NCBI GenBank assembly: GCA_035685165.1
Contig: DASRBI010000011.1
Span: forward strand, 32,402 to 96,401
Source: Acetobacteraceae bacterium
GTDB lineage: Bacteria; Pseudomonadota; Alphaproteobacteria; Acetobacterales; Acetobacteraceae
Direction: 5' to 3'
Length of the DNA: 64,000 bases
The notes under the pieces were generated by a model, which was not told where the DNA came from, did no database searches, and worked only from the letters and a program-made list of their open reading frames with translations. Both the position numbers and the translations under genes were made by a program. Positions 18,579 to 28,096 of the stretch are shown here, piece after piece. Each line of letters begins with the position of its first letter. Within the stretch, counting starts at the first letter, position 1.

Positions 18579-19919
18579 TCATACGAGCACCCGCTCCACC
18601 GCCGCCGCGATGGCGAACAGACGGGCATCGCCCATCGGCGCACCCATCAGCATCAAGCCCACCGGCGGGGCGCCGGGCGGCGTGCAGGGCAGGCTGATCG
18701 CGCAGCGGTCGAGAAAATTGCCGAGCATCGTGTTGCGCAGCGACGTCAGATTGACCCGGTTGTATTCGCGCTCGTCATCGAGATCGGCGATGCGGGCGGG
18801 GAGAATAGGACTGGTGGGCATCACCAGCGCGTCGAACCCGGCGGTGCGCGCATCGAAGCCCGCGATGATCCGCTCCCGCGCTTCGCGCAGGGCGATGTAG
18901 TCAGCCGCCGTCATCACCGCGCCGCGCTCGATGCGTGCGCGGATGCGCGGGTCGTAGAGCCCGCCTTTCGCGGCCAATAAGCCGCGATGCCACGCATAGG
19001 CCTCGGCGGCAGCGAAGCCGCCCGTGGCATTGGCGGTCATGATATCGGCGAACTCGGGAACGTCGATCCGAGCGACCCCTGCGCCTGAATTTTCGAGCCG
19101 CGCGAGCGCGGCGTCGAACGCGGCGGCGACCGCCGGCTCCATGCCGTCCAGCACGAGCCTTTCGGGCACGGCGAGGCGCAGGCCCGCAAGGTCGGCCGGC
19201 ACGGGCGGCCTCGGCGGTTCGCCGGCTAGGATCGCATCGACGATGGCGCAGCAGGCCACCGAACGGGCGAGCGGCCCGACCGAGTCGAGGCTCGGCGCGA
19301 GCGGCAGCACGCCCGTGATCGGCACGCGCCGTGCCGTGGGCTTGTAGCCGACCACGCCGCAATAGGCGGCAGGGATGCGGCAGGAGCCGCCGGTATCGGT
19401 GCCGATGCCGACCAAGGCCATATCGTCGGCAACCGACACCGCCGCGCCGGACGAGCTGCCGCCCGGGATACGCCCCGCCGCGCGGTCCCAAGGACTGCGC
19501 GGGGTGCCGTAATGCGGATTGATGCCGAGGCCCGAGAAGGCGAACTCGCTCATGTTGGTGCGGCCCACCGGCACGAAACCGGCGGCGAGCAGGCGCGCCA
19601 CCACAGGGGCGTGACGCTGCGCCGGGGCCGCATCGGCGAGCGCGCGCGAGCCGGCCGGGGTCGGTTCGCCGGCAACGTCCAGCAGATCCTTCAGGCTGAC
19701 GGGAATGCCCGCATAGGGGCTGGGCGCCCGGCCCGCCTTGCGGAGCGCATCCATCGCATCGGCGGCGATGCGTGCCGACTCGGCATAGATCTTCACGAAG
19801 GCGCGCGCGCCCTCGCCGTCGCCATCGGCGATGCGCGCGAGCGCGGCATCGACCAGCGCGCGGCTGGTGGCGCGTCCCGCCTCCAGGGCCTGGGCAGCCT
19901 CGGTAATCGTCCGCATCAT
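18579..19919 (-). CDS. amidase-signature family amidohydrolase
   Basis: GIPVSLKDL...GGSSSGAAVSV...GTDTGGSCRIPAA (Ser-cisSer-Lys signature region). Confidence 0.85.
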   Translation of the reverse strand: MMRTITEAAQALEAGRATSRALVDAALARIADGDGEGARAFVKIYAESARIAADAMDALRKAGRAPSPYAGIPVSLKDLLDVAGEPTPAGSRALADAAPAQRHAPVVARLLAAGFVPVGRTNMSEFAFSGLGINPHYGTPRSPWDRAAGRIPGGSSSGAAVSVADDMALVGIGTDTGGSCRIPAAYCGVVGYKPTARRVPITGVLPLAPSLDSVGPLARSVACCAIVDAILAGEPPRPPVPADLAGLRLAVPERLVLDGMEPAVAAAFDAALARLENSGAGVARIDVPEFADIMTANATGGFAAAEAYAWHRGLLAAKGGLYDPRIRARIERGAVMTAADYIALREARERIIAGFDARTAGFDALVMPTSPILPARIADLDDEREYNRVNLTSLRNTMLGNFLDRCAISLPCTPPGAPPVGLMLMGAPMGDARLFAIAAAVERVLV

Positions 19920-19942
19920 GCCCTCCTGCGATCCGAGGGAGA

Positions 19943-20776
19943 GTGCCGATGAGCGACAAACCCGCCAAGCCCGTGCTAATCACCGGCGCATCGGGCAATC
20001 TCGGGCGCCAGCTTGCGCAGGGGCTGGGCGCGGCCGGCTGGGCGCTGCGCCTGACCGACATCAAGCCGTTCCCCGATGCGCTGCCGGCGGGGGCTTCGTT
20101 CACGCAAGCCGACCTGAACGACGGCGTGACTGTGCTGCGCCTCGCCGAAGGGTGCGGCGCGATCGTGCATCTGGGCGGCGTGTCGGTGGAGCGGCCGTTC
20201 GAGGAGGTGCTGGGGCCGAATATCCGCGGCCTCTATCACGTGTACGAGGCGGCGCGGCGCGAGCGGGCGCGTGTCGTGTTCGCCTCCTCCAATCACGCGA
20301 TCGGCTTTCATGAACGCGCCGAGACGATCGCCGCCGAGGATGCCTTCTTGCCCGACGGCTATTACGGGCTCTCCAAGGCCTATGGCGAGCTCATGGGGCG
20401 GCTTTACTGGTTCAAGCACGGTGTGGAGAGCGTCGCCGTTCGGATCGGCTCCTGCTTTGCCGAACCGACGAACGCGCGAATGCTGGCGACGTGGCTTTCC
20501 TTTGCCGACTTCGTGCGGCTGGTGAGCGCGGCGGTGCTGGCGGAGCGGGTCGATTGCGCGGTGATCTGGGGCGCCTCGGCGAACGCGCGTATGACCTGGT
20601 GGAAGGACGATGACCGCGCGCGGATTGGCTGGGCGCCCCAGGACAGCGCCGACGGGTTCGCACGCCAGATGGAGGGGAAGGTTTCGGGCGATCCGGTGGA
20701 GGAACGCTACATGGGCGGCGCCTACACCGCGATCGACTACACGCGCCAGACGCCCGCGCCGCGCTGGCGCGGGTAA
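19943..20776 (+). CDS. NAD-dependent epimerase/dehydratase family protein, uronate-dehydrogenase-like
   Basis: VLITGASGNLG...IVHLGGVSVERPFEEVLGPNIRGLYHVYEAA...VVFASSNHAIGF...YGLSKAYGE...VRIGSC...WLSFADFV...VIWGASAN. By recollection this closely parallels Agrobacterium/Pseudomonas Udh. Confidence 0.7.
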   Translation: MPMSDKPAKPVLITGASGNLGRQLAQGLGAAGWALRLTDIKPFPDALPAGASFTQADLNDGVTVLRLAEGCGAIVHLGGVSVERPFEEVLGPNIRGLYHVYEAARRERARVVFASSNHAIGFHERAETIAAEDAFLPDGYYGLSKAYGELMGRLYWFKHGVESVAVRIGSCFAEPTNARMLATWLSFADFVRLVSAAVLAERVDCAVIWGASANARMTWWKDDDRARIGWAPQDSADGFARQMEGKVSGDPVEERYMGGAYTAIDYTRQTPAPRWRG

Positions 20777-20844
20777 GGGCGGGCTCGACAAGCCAGGCGG
20801 GGCGGGCGCAGCGTGTGCGCCGCGAAGCAGGAGGAGGAAGCATC

Positions 20845-21402
20845 ATGGCAAAGACGCTGGCCCATCCGCCGCAACGGCTTCACCACCACGCCTATGTGGT
20901 GAAGGATCAGGAACGGAACCGGCAGTTCTTCGAGGACGTGCTGGGCATCCCGCTGGCCGCCACGTGGTGCGAGAAGCACTTCAACCCGTGGGTCGGCCGC
21001 GAAGTGGCGTTCTGCCACACCTTCTACACGCTCGCGGACGGCGGGGCGCTGGCGTTCTTCTCGTTCGCCGACGAGGAGGTCTACCGCAAGACGCAAGCTG
21101 AAAAGCCCGCCGAGATCCGCAACTTCGACCATGTGGCGTTCAAGGTGGACGACGCGGGCTACGACGAGCTCGTGCGGCGCGTGAAGGCGGCGGGCATTCC
21201 GCTGCGCGAGACCGATCACGGCTATTGCCGGTCGATGTACTGCGAATCGCCCGATGGGCTAATCGTCGAATTCACCGTCGATCCGCCCAACGCCGCCGAG
21301 ATCGACGCGCTCCGCCGCGCCGACGCGCACGCGGAGCTGGCGCGCTGGGTGGCGGGCGATCACCGCACCAACAATGATCTGCGGGTGCGGGAGACGGCTT
21401 AG
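20845..21402 (+). CDS. VOC (glyoxalase/bleomycin-resistance/dioxygenase) family protein
   Basis: LHHHAYVVKDQERNRQFFEDVLGIPL...FDHVAFKVDD...SMYCESPDGLIVEF. ATG 20845 is preceded by aggaggagga. Confidence 0.7.
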   Translation: MAKTLAHPPQRLHHHAYVVKDQERNRQFFEDVLGIPLAATWCEKHFNPWVGREVAFCHTFYTLADGGALAFFSFADEEVYRKTQAEKPAEIRNFDHVAFKVDDAGYDELVRRVKAAGIPLRETDHGYCRSMYCESPDGLIVEFTVDPPNAAEIDALRRADAHAELARWVAGDHRTNNDLRVRETA

Positions 21403-21432
21403 CGTCCTCCCTCTCGCACCCTCTCCTACCTC

Positions 21433-21499
21433 GCCATTGCGAGCGCCCGGCGAGCGGCGCGAAGCGATCCCCCGCGGGAGATTGGCCGCCGCAATGACG
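21433..21499. repeat. palindromic intergenic element with CATTGCG...CGCAATG termini
   Basis: gccattgcgagcgcccggcgagcggcgcgaagcgatcc...gccgcaatgacgcc. The termini are related to the elements at 15063 and 26489. Confidence 0.4.
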
Positions 21500-21507
21500 C
21501 CGCTACG

Positions 21508-22731
21508 TCACGGGTGCCCCAGCGCGCACCCGGTCTCGTCTAGCGGCATGTAGGCGTCCTTGCCGGGAATCTCCCCGACGCGCTCGTAGAAGTCCCATGG
21601 GTGGGCGGCTTGCGATGCGGGCTTCACGCGCCAGACATAGGTCGGATCGAGCACCTGCCCGTTCGGCTGGATGGGCACATAGTCATGATAGAAGTCGCGC
21701 ACCGGCATCGCGCGCATCCGCGCGGCGACACTATCGCCGTCGAGCGTCCCGGCGGCCTGGACCGCGCGCATCCAGTGCAGCGCGCCGGAATAGTTGGCCG
21801 CCTGGACCATCGTCGGCGGCGCCTCCATCCGGCTGGCGAACCGCGCCGACCAGGCCCGGGTCGCGGGCGTGAGGTCCCAGTAAAACGAGTTGCTCAGCAC
21901 CAGCCCCTCGCAGACATCCTGCCCGAGCGCCACCACGTCGGTGATCATCATCAGCAGCGTGGCGAGGCTCTGCCCGCCCTTGACGAGACCGAATTCGTGC
22001 GCCTGCTTGACGCAATTGCGAAGATCGGTGCCGGCATTTGCGAAGGCGACCACCTTGGCGCCCGAGGCTTGCGCCTGCACGAGCGCGCTCGAGAAATCCG
22101 CCGTCCCGAGCGGCGCCTTCACGCTGCCCAGCACCTTGCCGCCCGCTTCGGTGACGAACTTCGTCGTGTCCGCCTCCAGCGAATAGCCGAACTGGTAATC
22201 GGCGGTGATGAAGAACCAGGTCGTCCCACCCGCGCGCGTCAGCGCGCCGCCAGTGCCTTTCGCGAGCGAATAGGTATTGGCCCAGAAGTGGAAGCCGTAG
22301 GGCGAGCAGAACTTGCCCGTGAAATCGCTCGCCGCCGGGCCGTTGCCGATGAAAATGGTCCTCTTCTCGCGCGCCACCGCCTGCACGGCGAGACCCGAGG
22401 AGGTCGCGGCGCCGTCCATCAGCATGTTCACGCCGCCGTCGATCCACTCGCGGGCGCGAGCGCTCGCGACGTCGGGCTTGTTGAAAATGTCGGCCTGCAT
22501 CACCTCGATGGGCCGGCCGAGCAGGGAGCCGCCGAAATCCTCGACGGCAAGCTCCACCGCGACCTTCCCGCCCGGACCGCCGACCTGGCGGTAGGGGCCG
22601 GTGACATCGCTCAAGAGGCCGATACGGATCGGGGCGGAGGATGTTTGCGCCCGGATGATCGCCGGGCGGCTCAGCGCCGTGACGGCGGCTCCGGCAACCA
22701 GCGCGCGGCGCGAAAGCGCGATGCCACTCAT
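21508..22731 (-). CDS. ABC transporter substrate-binding protein (Leu/Ile/Val-binding, type I PBP family), Tat/Sec-exported
   Basis: From MSGIALSRRALVAGAAVTALS (twin-Arg-like signal) ...IRIGLLSDVTGPY...GGVNMLMDGAATSSG...FITADYQFGYS. Its ATG overlaps the upstream stop (ATGA). No permease or ATPase genes are adjacent. Confidence 0.85.
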   Translation of the reverse strand: MSGIALSRRALVAGAAVTALSRPAIIRAQTSSAPIRIGLLSDVTGPYRQVGGPGGKVAVELAVEDFGGSLLGRPIEVMQADIFNKPDVASARAREWIDGGVNMLMDGAATSSGLAVQAVAREKRTIFIGNGPAASDFTGKFCSPYGFHFWANTYSLAKGTGGALTRAGGTTWFFITADYQFGYSLEADTTKFVTEAGGKVLGSVKAPLGTADFSSALVQAQASGAKVVAFANAGTDLRNCVKQAHEFGLVKGGQSLATLLMMITDVVALGQDVCEGLVLSNSFYWDLTPATRAWSARFASRMEAPPTMVQAANYSGALHWMRAVQAAGTLDGDSVAARMRAMPVRDFYHDYVPIQPNGQVLDPTYVWRVKPASQAAHPWDFYERVGEIPGKDAYMPLDETGCALGHP

Positions 22732-23894
22732 CGGCCCTTCCCTCCGCGCGCCGGCAGGGCGACCGTGCCGCCACCCACGACGGAAAGCTCGCCGTCCTGG
22801 TTGCGCGCCTCCTGCTCGATATCGACCAAGTATCGTCCGTTCTCGATACGCTTGCCCGTCACCCTGCCGCCGATGACCAGCAAGTCTCCCTCCACGTTGT
22901 GCCGCCGCAGCTTGCAGTGCGCGCGGACGAGAAAGCCCGTATCGCCCATCCAATTGGTGAGGTGGTGGGTGAGCCAGGAGCAGCGCTCCGGGCCGTAGTC
23001 GTAAAGGCCAGGCGCGCCGACCTGCAGCGCCAGATCGGCCTCCCAATGCACGCGCTCGGGGCAATCGGGAATGCCGAAACGGTTCTTGATGCCGAGTGCC
23101 GGATGATTGCGGAACTGCTGGTAGGCGAGCTTGTTGGCGCGGATATAAAGGCCGCCCCATCCTTGGGCGAAGGCGATGAAGCCGGTCGCGGTCATCGGCC
23201 CCTTCGCCATGCTGGGAAGCGACTGGCCCACGGATACATCTTCCCAGTAGCGCGGTTCGGCGCCGCGTACTTCCTCCGCTTCGTAGAGGCGATAGAGCTC
23301 TTCCAGCTCGTTATCGGCGTAGCGCCGGGTCGGCTTCTTCTTGACCTCGGTGTATTTGGTGCCCTGCTCGCGCGCGATATCGCGGTCGGTGCGAAAACAC
23401 CAGCTCTCGGCGTCGGCGACCAGATCGCCGTTCGCACCGTAGAAATCGACATGATACACTTGTCTGATGGCGCGCCCGGCGAACGTCGTGGTGTGCTCGA
23501 CGATGTCCGACAGCCACGCCTCGGTGCGGATTTCCTCGTTGCGCCGCACCCAGCGATGCCATCGCCAGTCCGCGCCGGACCACATGGCGTGCACGCCCGG
23601 CAGCCCGCCGACATAGCCCGAGATGATGCGGCTGGTAGCGAACAGGAAGCTCGGCAGCGCCACGATGCCGCCGAGCGCGCTGCGTGCCGCGTAATTCGGG
23701 TCGCACCAGAGCGGGTTGTCGTCGCCGATCCCGTGCGCGTAGTGGCGGATATTGTCGCGCGTCGCCTCGTAGCACCACGGCTCGACCGTGTTCTCGATCC
23801 GCTTGCCGATGCGCGCGCGCAAGCCATCCAGCGCCTGTTCGGTGATCTTGGGAAAGAGCCGATTTTCTGGCTCGGCGGTGGCAGTGGCGGACAT
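22728..23894 (-). CDS. double hot-dog (MaoC-like) acyl dehydratase/hydratase family protein
   Basis: 388 aa. N-terminal half has RHYAHGIGDDNPLW. C-terminal half ends in a hot-dog-like VVGGGTVALP segment. Lies between an acyl-CoA synthetase and the SBP. Confidence 0.6.
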   Translation of the reverse strand: MSATATAEPENRLFPKITEQALDGLRARIGKRIENTVEPWCYEATRDNIRHYAHGIGDDNPLWCDPNYAARSALGGIVALPSFLFATSRIISGYVGGLPGVHAMWSGADWRWHRWVRRNEEIRTEAWLSDIVEHTTTFAGRAIRQVYHVDFYGANGDLVADAESWCFRTDRDIAREQGTKYTEVKKKPTRRYADNELEELYRLYEAEEVRGAEPRYWEDVSVGQSLPSMAKGPMTATGFIAFAQGWGGLYIRANKLAYQQFRNHPALGIKNRFGIPDCPERVHWEADLALQVGAPGLYDYGPERCSWLTHHLTNWMGDTGFLVRAHCKLRRHNVEGDLLVIGGRVTGKRIENGRYLVDIEQEARNQDGELSVVGGGTVALPARGGKGR

Positions 23895-23918
23895 CGTTCC
23901 CTCGTGCTTGCGGATGGA

Positions 23919-25481
23919 TCAGGCGGCGGCCTCGGGCCGCGCGGCTTCGGCGTCGCGGAGCGCCTTGCGGTTCACCTTCCCCGCTGGCGTCTTTGGCAGC
24001 TCGGTCACGAAGGCAACTTGGCGGGGGTATTCGTGCTGGCTGAGCCGCTGGCGCGTGAAGTCCTGCAATTCGCGCGCGAACGCCTCGTCGCCCGCGCGGT
24101 CGCTGACAATGAACGCCTTCACCACCTGCCCGCGCAGCAAATCGGCAACGCCGATCGCCGCCGCCTCGCGCACATCCTTGTGCATGAGCAGCACGTTTTC
24201 GATCTCGACCGCGCTCATGGTCCAGCCGGCCGAGATGATCACGTCATCGGCGCGGCCCGCGTGATAGAAATAGCCGTCCTCGTCGACGCGCCCGAGGTCC
24301 TTGGTCGGTAGCCAGCCGCCGCGGCGCCACAGCTTGATTTCCCCGATCTGGCCCGGCACGCAGGGGCGCCCGTCGGCATCCTGCACCTCGACGCGAAGGC
24401 CTGGCACCGGCTTGCCGAGCGAGCCAGGCTTGACCGGGAAATCGCGCGCGCCGGGGTAATTCACGAGCACGACGCCGACCTCGGTCGTCCCGTACATGCT
24501 GCACGCAGGCACCCCGAAGACCTCGTCGATGAAAGCAAGCGTTGCCGGGTCGATCGGTTCGCCTGTGTAGGAGAGCTTGCGGATCGCGAAACGGAACTCA
24601 GTTGCCCGGCTGCTGGTTCGCATCATCCGATAATGCGTGGCGGCGGCGGCGAGATTGGTGATGCGGTAGTCCTGCAAGGCGCGCATCAGGCGCACGGGAT
24701 CGAACTTGCCCGCGTAGGTGCCGGTGGTGACGCCGAGCGCGAGCGGCGCCAGCGTGCCATGCGCGAGCCCGTGGCCCCAGGCGGGCGAGGACGGACAGAA
24801 GAACTCGTCGCCGGGACGGATGCCCGTGCCGTAGAGCGCGGCGCCCATCAGCAGGACCACGGCGCGGTGCGTGTGCTTCACCGCCTCGGGCAGCTCGCGT
24901 GTGGTGCCCGAAGTGTATTGAAAGAGTGCAAGGTCATCGGCCTTGGTACTGGGCGTGTAGGCGGCGGGGAACCGTTCCAGCTCGGCGAGCCAAGCGGGGT
25001 CGGTGCAGACGATCTCGGTGGTCGCGAACGAGCCGATGGCGCCAGCCTTCCCGGCATCGGCAAGCAGAATTTTGGGCACGCAGTCGGCGACCCGCAGGCG
25101 CGCGCCCTCGGGGCCGAACAGGGTGAACAGCGGCACCGCGATCGCACCCCGCTTCATCGCGCCGAACATCGCCGCGTAGAAGATCAGCGAGGGATCGAGC
25201 ATGACGGCGACACGATCGCCCGGCGCGACACCGCGCGATTCGAGCCAATGCGCGAAGCGGGCGGACCAGGCAGCGATCTGGCGGAACGTGAGCGACTCGT
25301 CGCGCCCGTCGGCACGGGCGATCCGCACGGCGACGCGGGCCGCGTCGGTCGCGTGCCGGTCGATGCACTCGTGGGCGATGTTGAGCGCGGCTTGATTGCC
25401 GTCGAACAGCTCCCAGGCTCGGTCGCGGGAGAAGTGCGCCTGGGCGAAGGCGTAATCCGAACTGTCGGTGAGTGTCGGCAT
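23919..25481 (-). CDS. AMP-dependent acyl-CoA synthetase
   Basis: FQYTSGTTRELPEAVKHTH...YGTTE...GWLPTKDLGRVDEDGYFYHAGRADDVI...LPKTPAGKVNR. Confidence 0.85.
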   Translation of the reverse strand: MPTLTDSSDYAFAQAHFSRDRAWELFDGNQAALNIAHECIDRHATDAARVAVRIARADGRDESLTFRQIAAWSARFAHWLESRGVAPGDRVAVMLDPSLIFYAAMFGAMKRGAIAVPLFTLFGPEGARLRVADCVPKILLADAGKAGAIGSFATTEIVCTDPAWLAELERFPAAYTPSTKADDLALFQYTSGTTRELPEAVKHTHRAVVLLMGAALYGTGIRPGDEFFCPSSPAWGHGLAHGTLAPLALGVTTGTYAGKFDPVRLMRALQDYRITNLAAAATHYRMMRTSSRATEFRFAIRKLSYTGEPIDPATLAFIDEVFGVPACSMYGTTEVGVVLVNYPGARDFPVKPGSLGKPVPGLRVEVQDADGRPCVPGQIGEIKLWRRGGWLPTKDLGRVDEDGYFYHAGRADDVIISAGWTMSAVEIENVLLMHKDVREAAAIGVADLLRGQVVKAFIVSDRAGDEAFARELQDFTRQRLSQHEYPRQVAFVTELPKTPAGKVNRKALRDAEAARPEAAA

Positions 25482-25567
25482 CAGACGGAGGCTAACCGCA
25501 CCGAAGATATTGTCAATATGTCACTTATGTTGTCTATAGGCAATACACGCCGGTATGAGAGACAGCA
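25482..25567. promoter_or_regulatory. AT-rich divergent control region with palindrome TATTGTCAATA
   Basis: Locally AT-rich stretch between the acyl-CoA synthetase operon and the IclR gene. A 5-1-5 palindrome tattg-t-caata lies at 25508-25518, and TGTC motifs recur (tgtcaata, tgtcactta, ttgtctata). Confidence 0.3.
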
Positions 25568-26440
25568 ATGAACGATCGACCGCTCGCTCGAACCGGGCTG
25601 CAACGGCGCAAACCGGGCCGCTCCGACAAAACGGAGGCGCACACCCGCAGCGACCCCGCCGCGCCCCGCAACGCGGCACCGCGCGCTGCGGCGATCCGCC
25701 GTGTTCCGGCCGTGACGCGCGCCGTGGCGATCCTGCGGCTGCTGTCGCGCAGCGACACCCCGCTCGGGGTGCACCCGATCGCCCGCAGCCTTGGGCTCGT
25801 GCCGAGCACCTGCCTGCACATCCTGCGAGCGCTGGCCGCGGAGGAGCTGGTGTCCTTCGATCCCGAGACCAAACGCTACGCGCTCGCGGGCGGCATTCTC
25901 GCGCTCGCGCGCGCCATGCTGCGCCACGACGCCTTCGCCAACCTCGCGCAGCCGATCCTGAATGCGCTGTCCGCCAAATACGGCGTCACCGCGATCGGCG
26001 TGGAAGCCGCTGGGCTCGATCATTTCACGGTGACGGCGATCTCGCGTCCGGGACGCGCTTTGCGGCTGCAAGTGGATATCGGCAGCCGCTATCCGACGCT
26101 GATCAGCGCCAGCGGCCGCTGCTTCGCCGCCTTCGGCGGTTATGCGTGGAGCGAACTCGAACGGCGCTTTCGCGCCCTACGCTGGGACGACCCGCCGGAG
26201 CTCGCCGCGTGGCGGGCCGAAATCGAGGCGACGAGGCGGAACGGCTACGCTGTCGATGAAGGCCGCTATATCGCCGGCGTGACGATCGTCGCCGCGCCCG
26301 TGATCTGGCGCGAGCGCGCCTCGCACGCGCTGGTCGTGGTCGGAGTGAGCGAGCAGTTGCGCCGCATCGGGGTCGATGCCGTCGGCAACGAGTTGCGCGC
26401 GCTGGCCGGCGGGCTCTCGCGTCAGCTTCAGAGCGCGTGA
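25568..26440 (+). CDS. IclR family transcriptional regulator
   Basis: N-terminal wHTH RAVAILRLLSRSDTPLGVHPIARSLGLVPSTCLHILRAL, followed by a C-terminal effector domain. Confidence 0.9.
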   Translation: MNDRPLARTGLQRRKPGRSDKTEAHTRSDPAAPRNAAPRAAAIRRVPAVTRAVAILRLLSRSDTPLGVHPIARSLGLVPSTCLHILRALAAEELVSFDPETKRYALAGGILALARAMLRHDAFANLAQPILNALSAKYGVTAIGVEAAGLDHFTVTAISRPGRALRLQVDIGSRYPTLISASGRCFAAFGGYAWSELERRFRALRWDDPPELAAWRAEIEATRRNGYAVDEGRYIAGVTIVAAPVIWRERASHALVVVGVSEQLRRIGVDAVGNELRALAGGLSRQLQSA

Positions 26441-26488
26441 GCCTGGGCCGATCGATATCAGGCTGCCCGGTTCATGGCTCACCAACGC

Positions 26489-26531
26489 CGTCATTGCTAT
26501 GTCTATGCGTAGTATAAGCCTCGCAATGACA
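26489..26531. repeat. short inverted repeat CGTCATTGC...GCAATGAC
   Basis: cgtcattgc-tatgtctatgcgtagtataagcctc-gcaatgac. Confidence 0.4.
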
Positions 26532-26563
26532 CTGGAATAGGTCGGACTTCAGACGCGTCGGTA

Positions 26564-27703
26564 TCAGTCGGCTAGCGCCCGCTTCGCGGTCGCCGCCAGG
26601 TAGGTCGCGGCGGCGGGCAGAATCTCGTCATTGTAGTCGTATTTGGAATTATGCAAGCCCGCGGTCGGACCATTGCCGATCCACACGAACGCGCCCGGTT
26701 TCTCACCGAGATAATAGCTGAAATCCTCGCCCGTCATCGACGGCGCGAGATCCCGCCGCACCGTCAGCCCGGCGGCGGCGCAGGCCTTGGCGGCAAGATC
26801 GGCCTCGGCGGGCGTGTTGGCGGTGACGCCATAGCCGAGCCGGACGTTGGTTTCGATCTCCACGCCGAACGCCGCGGCGATGCCGTTGGCGACGCGGCGG
26901 ATCTGCTCCAGCATCGCCGCGCGCACCTCGGGGCTCAGGCAGCGCATCGTGCCGCGCATCACCGCCTCGTCCGGGATCTGGTTGATCGCCGAGCCCGCCT
27001 CGATGGTGCACAGCGAAATCACCGCCGCATCCAGCGGGCTCGTCTCGCGCGAGACCACGCTTTGCAGCGCGATCAGCAGGTGCGCCGCAGCGAGCATCGG
27101 GTCGCGCGCCTGGTGCGGGATGGCCGCATGGCCCGAACGGCCGCGCACGCGGAACTCGAGCCGCCCGCCGGAGGCCATCACCGCGCCGGAATGCACCTGC
27201 ACGGTGCCGGCCTCGAGCCCCGGCCAGTTGTGATAGCCGAAAATCCGTTCCATCGGGAACCGCTGGAACAGCCCGTCAGCGATCATCGCCCGCGCGCCCC
27301 CGCCGCCTTCCTCGGCCGGCTGGAACACGAAATGCACCGTGCCGTGCCAATCCGGATCGCGCGCCAGCAGCGCCGCGGCGCCGAGCAAACTTGTCGTGTG
27401 CCCGTCATGGCCACAGGCGTGCATCACGCCCGGATTGGAGGAGGCGTAGGGCAGGCCGGTCGCTTCCACGATCGGCAGCGCATCCATGTCGGCCCGCAGG
27501 CCGACGCTACGGTTCGAGTTGCCCCGACTCAGCGTGGCGACCACGCCGTGCCCGCCGATGCCGGCGGTGAACGGGATACCGAGCTCGCGCAGCCGCTCGC
27601 AGACGAAGGCCGCCGTCTGCCGCTCGTGCAGAGTGAGTTCGGGATGGGCGTGCAGGTGGCGGCGCCAGGCGGTGAGCCGGGCATGGAGGTCGCGGTCGAT
27701 CAT
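26564..27703 (-). CDS. M20 family amidohydrolase (hippurate hydrolase / N-acyl-amino-acid amidohydrolase type)
   Basis: WRRHLHAHPELTLHE...GLRADMDALPI...MHACGHDGHT...FQPAEEGGGGA. Confidence 0.85.
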   Translation of the reverse strand: MIDRDLHARLTAWRRHLHAHPELTLHERQTAAFVCERLRELGIPFTAGIGGHGVVATLSRGNSNRSVGLRADMDALPIVEATGLPYASSNPGVMHACGHDGHTTSLLGAAALLARDPDWHGTVHFVFQPAEEGGGGARAMIADGLFQRFPMERIFGYHNWPGLEAGTVQVHSGAVMASGGRLEFRVRGRSGHAAIPHQARDPMLAAAHLLIALQSVVSRETSPLDAAVISLCTIEAGSAINQIPDEAVMRGTMRCLSPEVRAAMLEQIRRVANGIAAAFGVEIETNVRLGYGVTANTPAEADLAAKACAAAGLTVRRDLAPSMTGEDFSYYLGEKPGAFVWIGNGPTAGLHNSKYDYNDEILPAAATYLAATAKRALAD

Positions 27704-27760
27704 CCGGCCAGTATTTACATCAGCCGCGCGGGGCGACCAGTCCGACCCGAGGACCCGGGC

Positions 27761-28078
27761 CTAGTCCCCGTTCAGGGCTTCCTCGACCGTCCGGACGGCG
27801 GCAAGCGGCACAGCGGCGCGGCCGACCACGCGCTCGCCCACGCAGGCCAGCCAGTCCGCCCCCTCGGGCGGCGTCGGGCGCAGCTCCACGACCTTCGCCT
27901 CGTCGTCCAGCGCCACGGCCCGGTATTGGCGCCAGTTCGCCCAGATCGGCCCCTTGAGACGGACGACGCGGGCGATGGCCTTGCCCGCGTCGTCCAAACC
28001 GATCCACTCCAAGGCCCGGGCGATCCCCGGCCCCTCCTCCGAGCGGCCCCGCATCCAGTGCAGACGCGGCGCCGACAT
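27761..28078 (-). CDS. hypothetical protein (105 aa)
   Basis: Only balanced-composition ORF in the 393-nt gap between the EF-G paralog and the M20 gene. Strong third-position GC bias in this frame. Starts 18 nt after the EF-G stop. I recognise no family. Confidence 0.5.
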   Translation of the reverse strand: MSAPRLHWMRGRSEEGPGIARALEWIGLDDAGKAIARVVRLKGPIWANWRQYRAVALDDEAKVVELRPTPPEGADWLACVGERVVGRAAVPLAAVRTVEEALNGD

Positions 28079-28096
28079 CTCAGGAAACCGCGTCCA

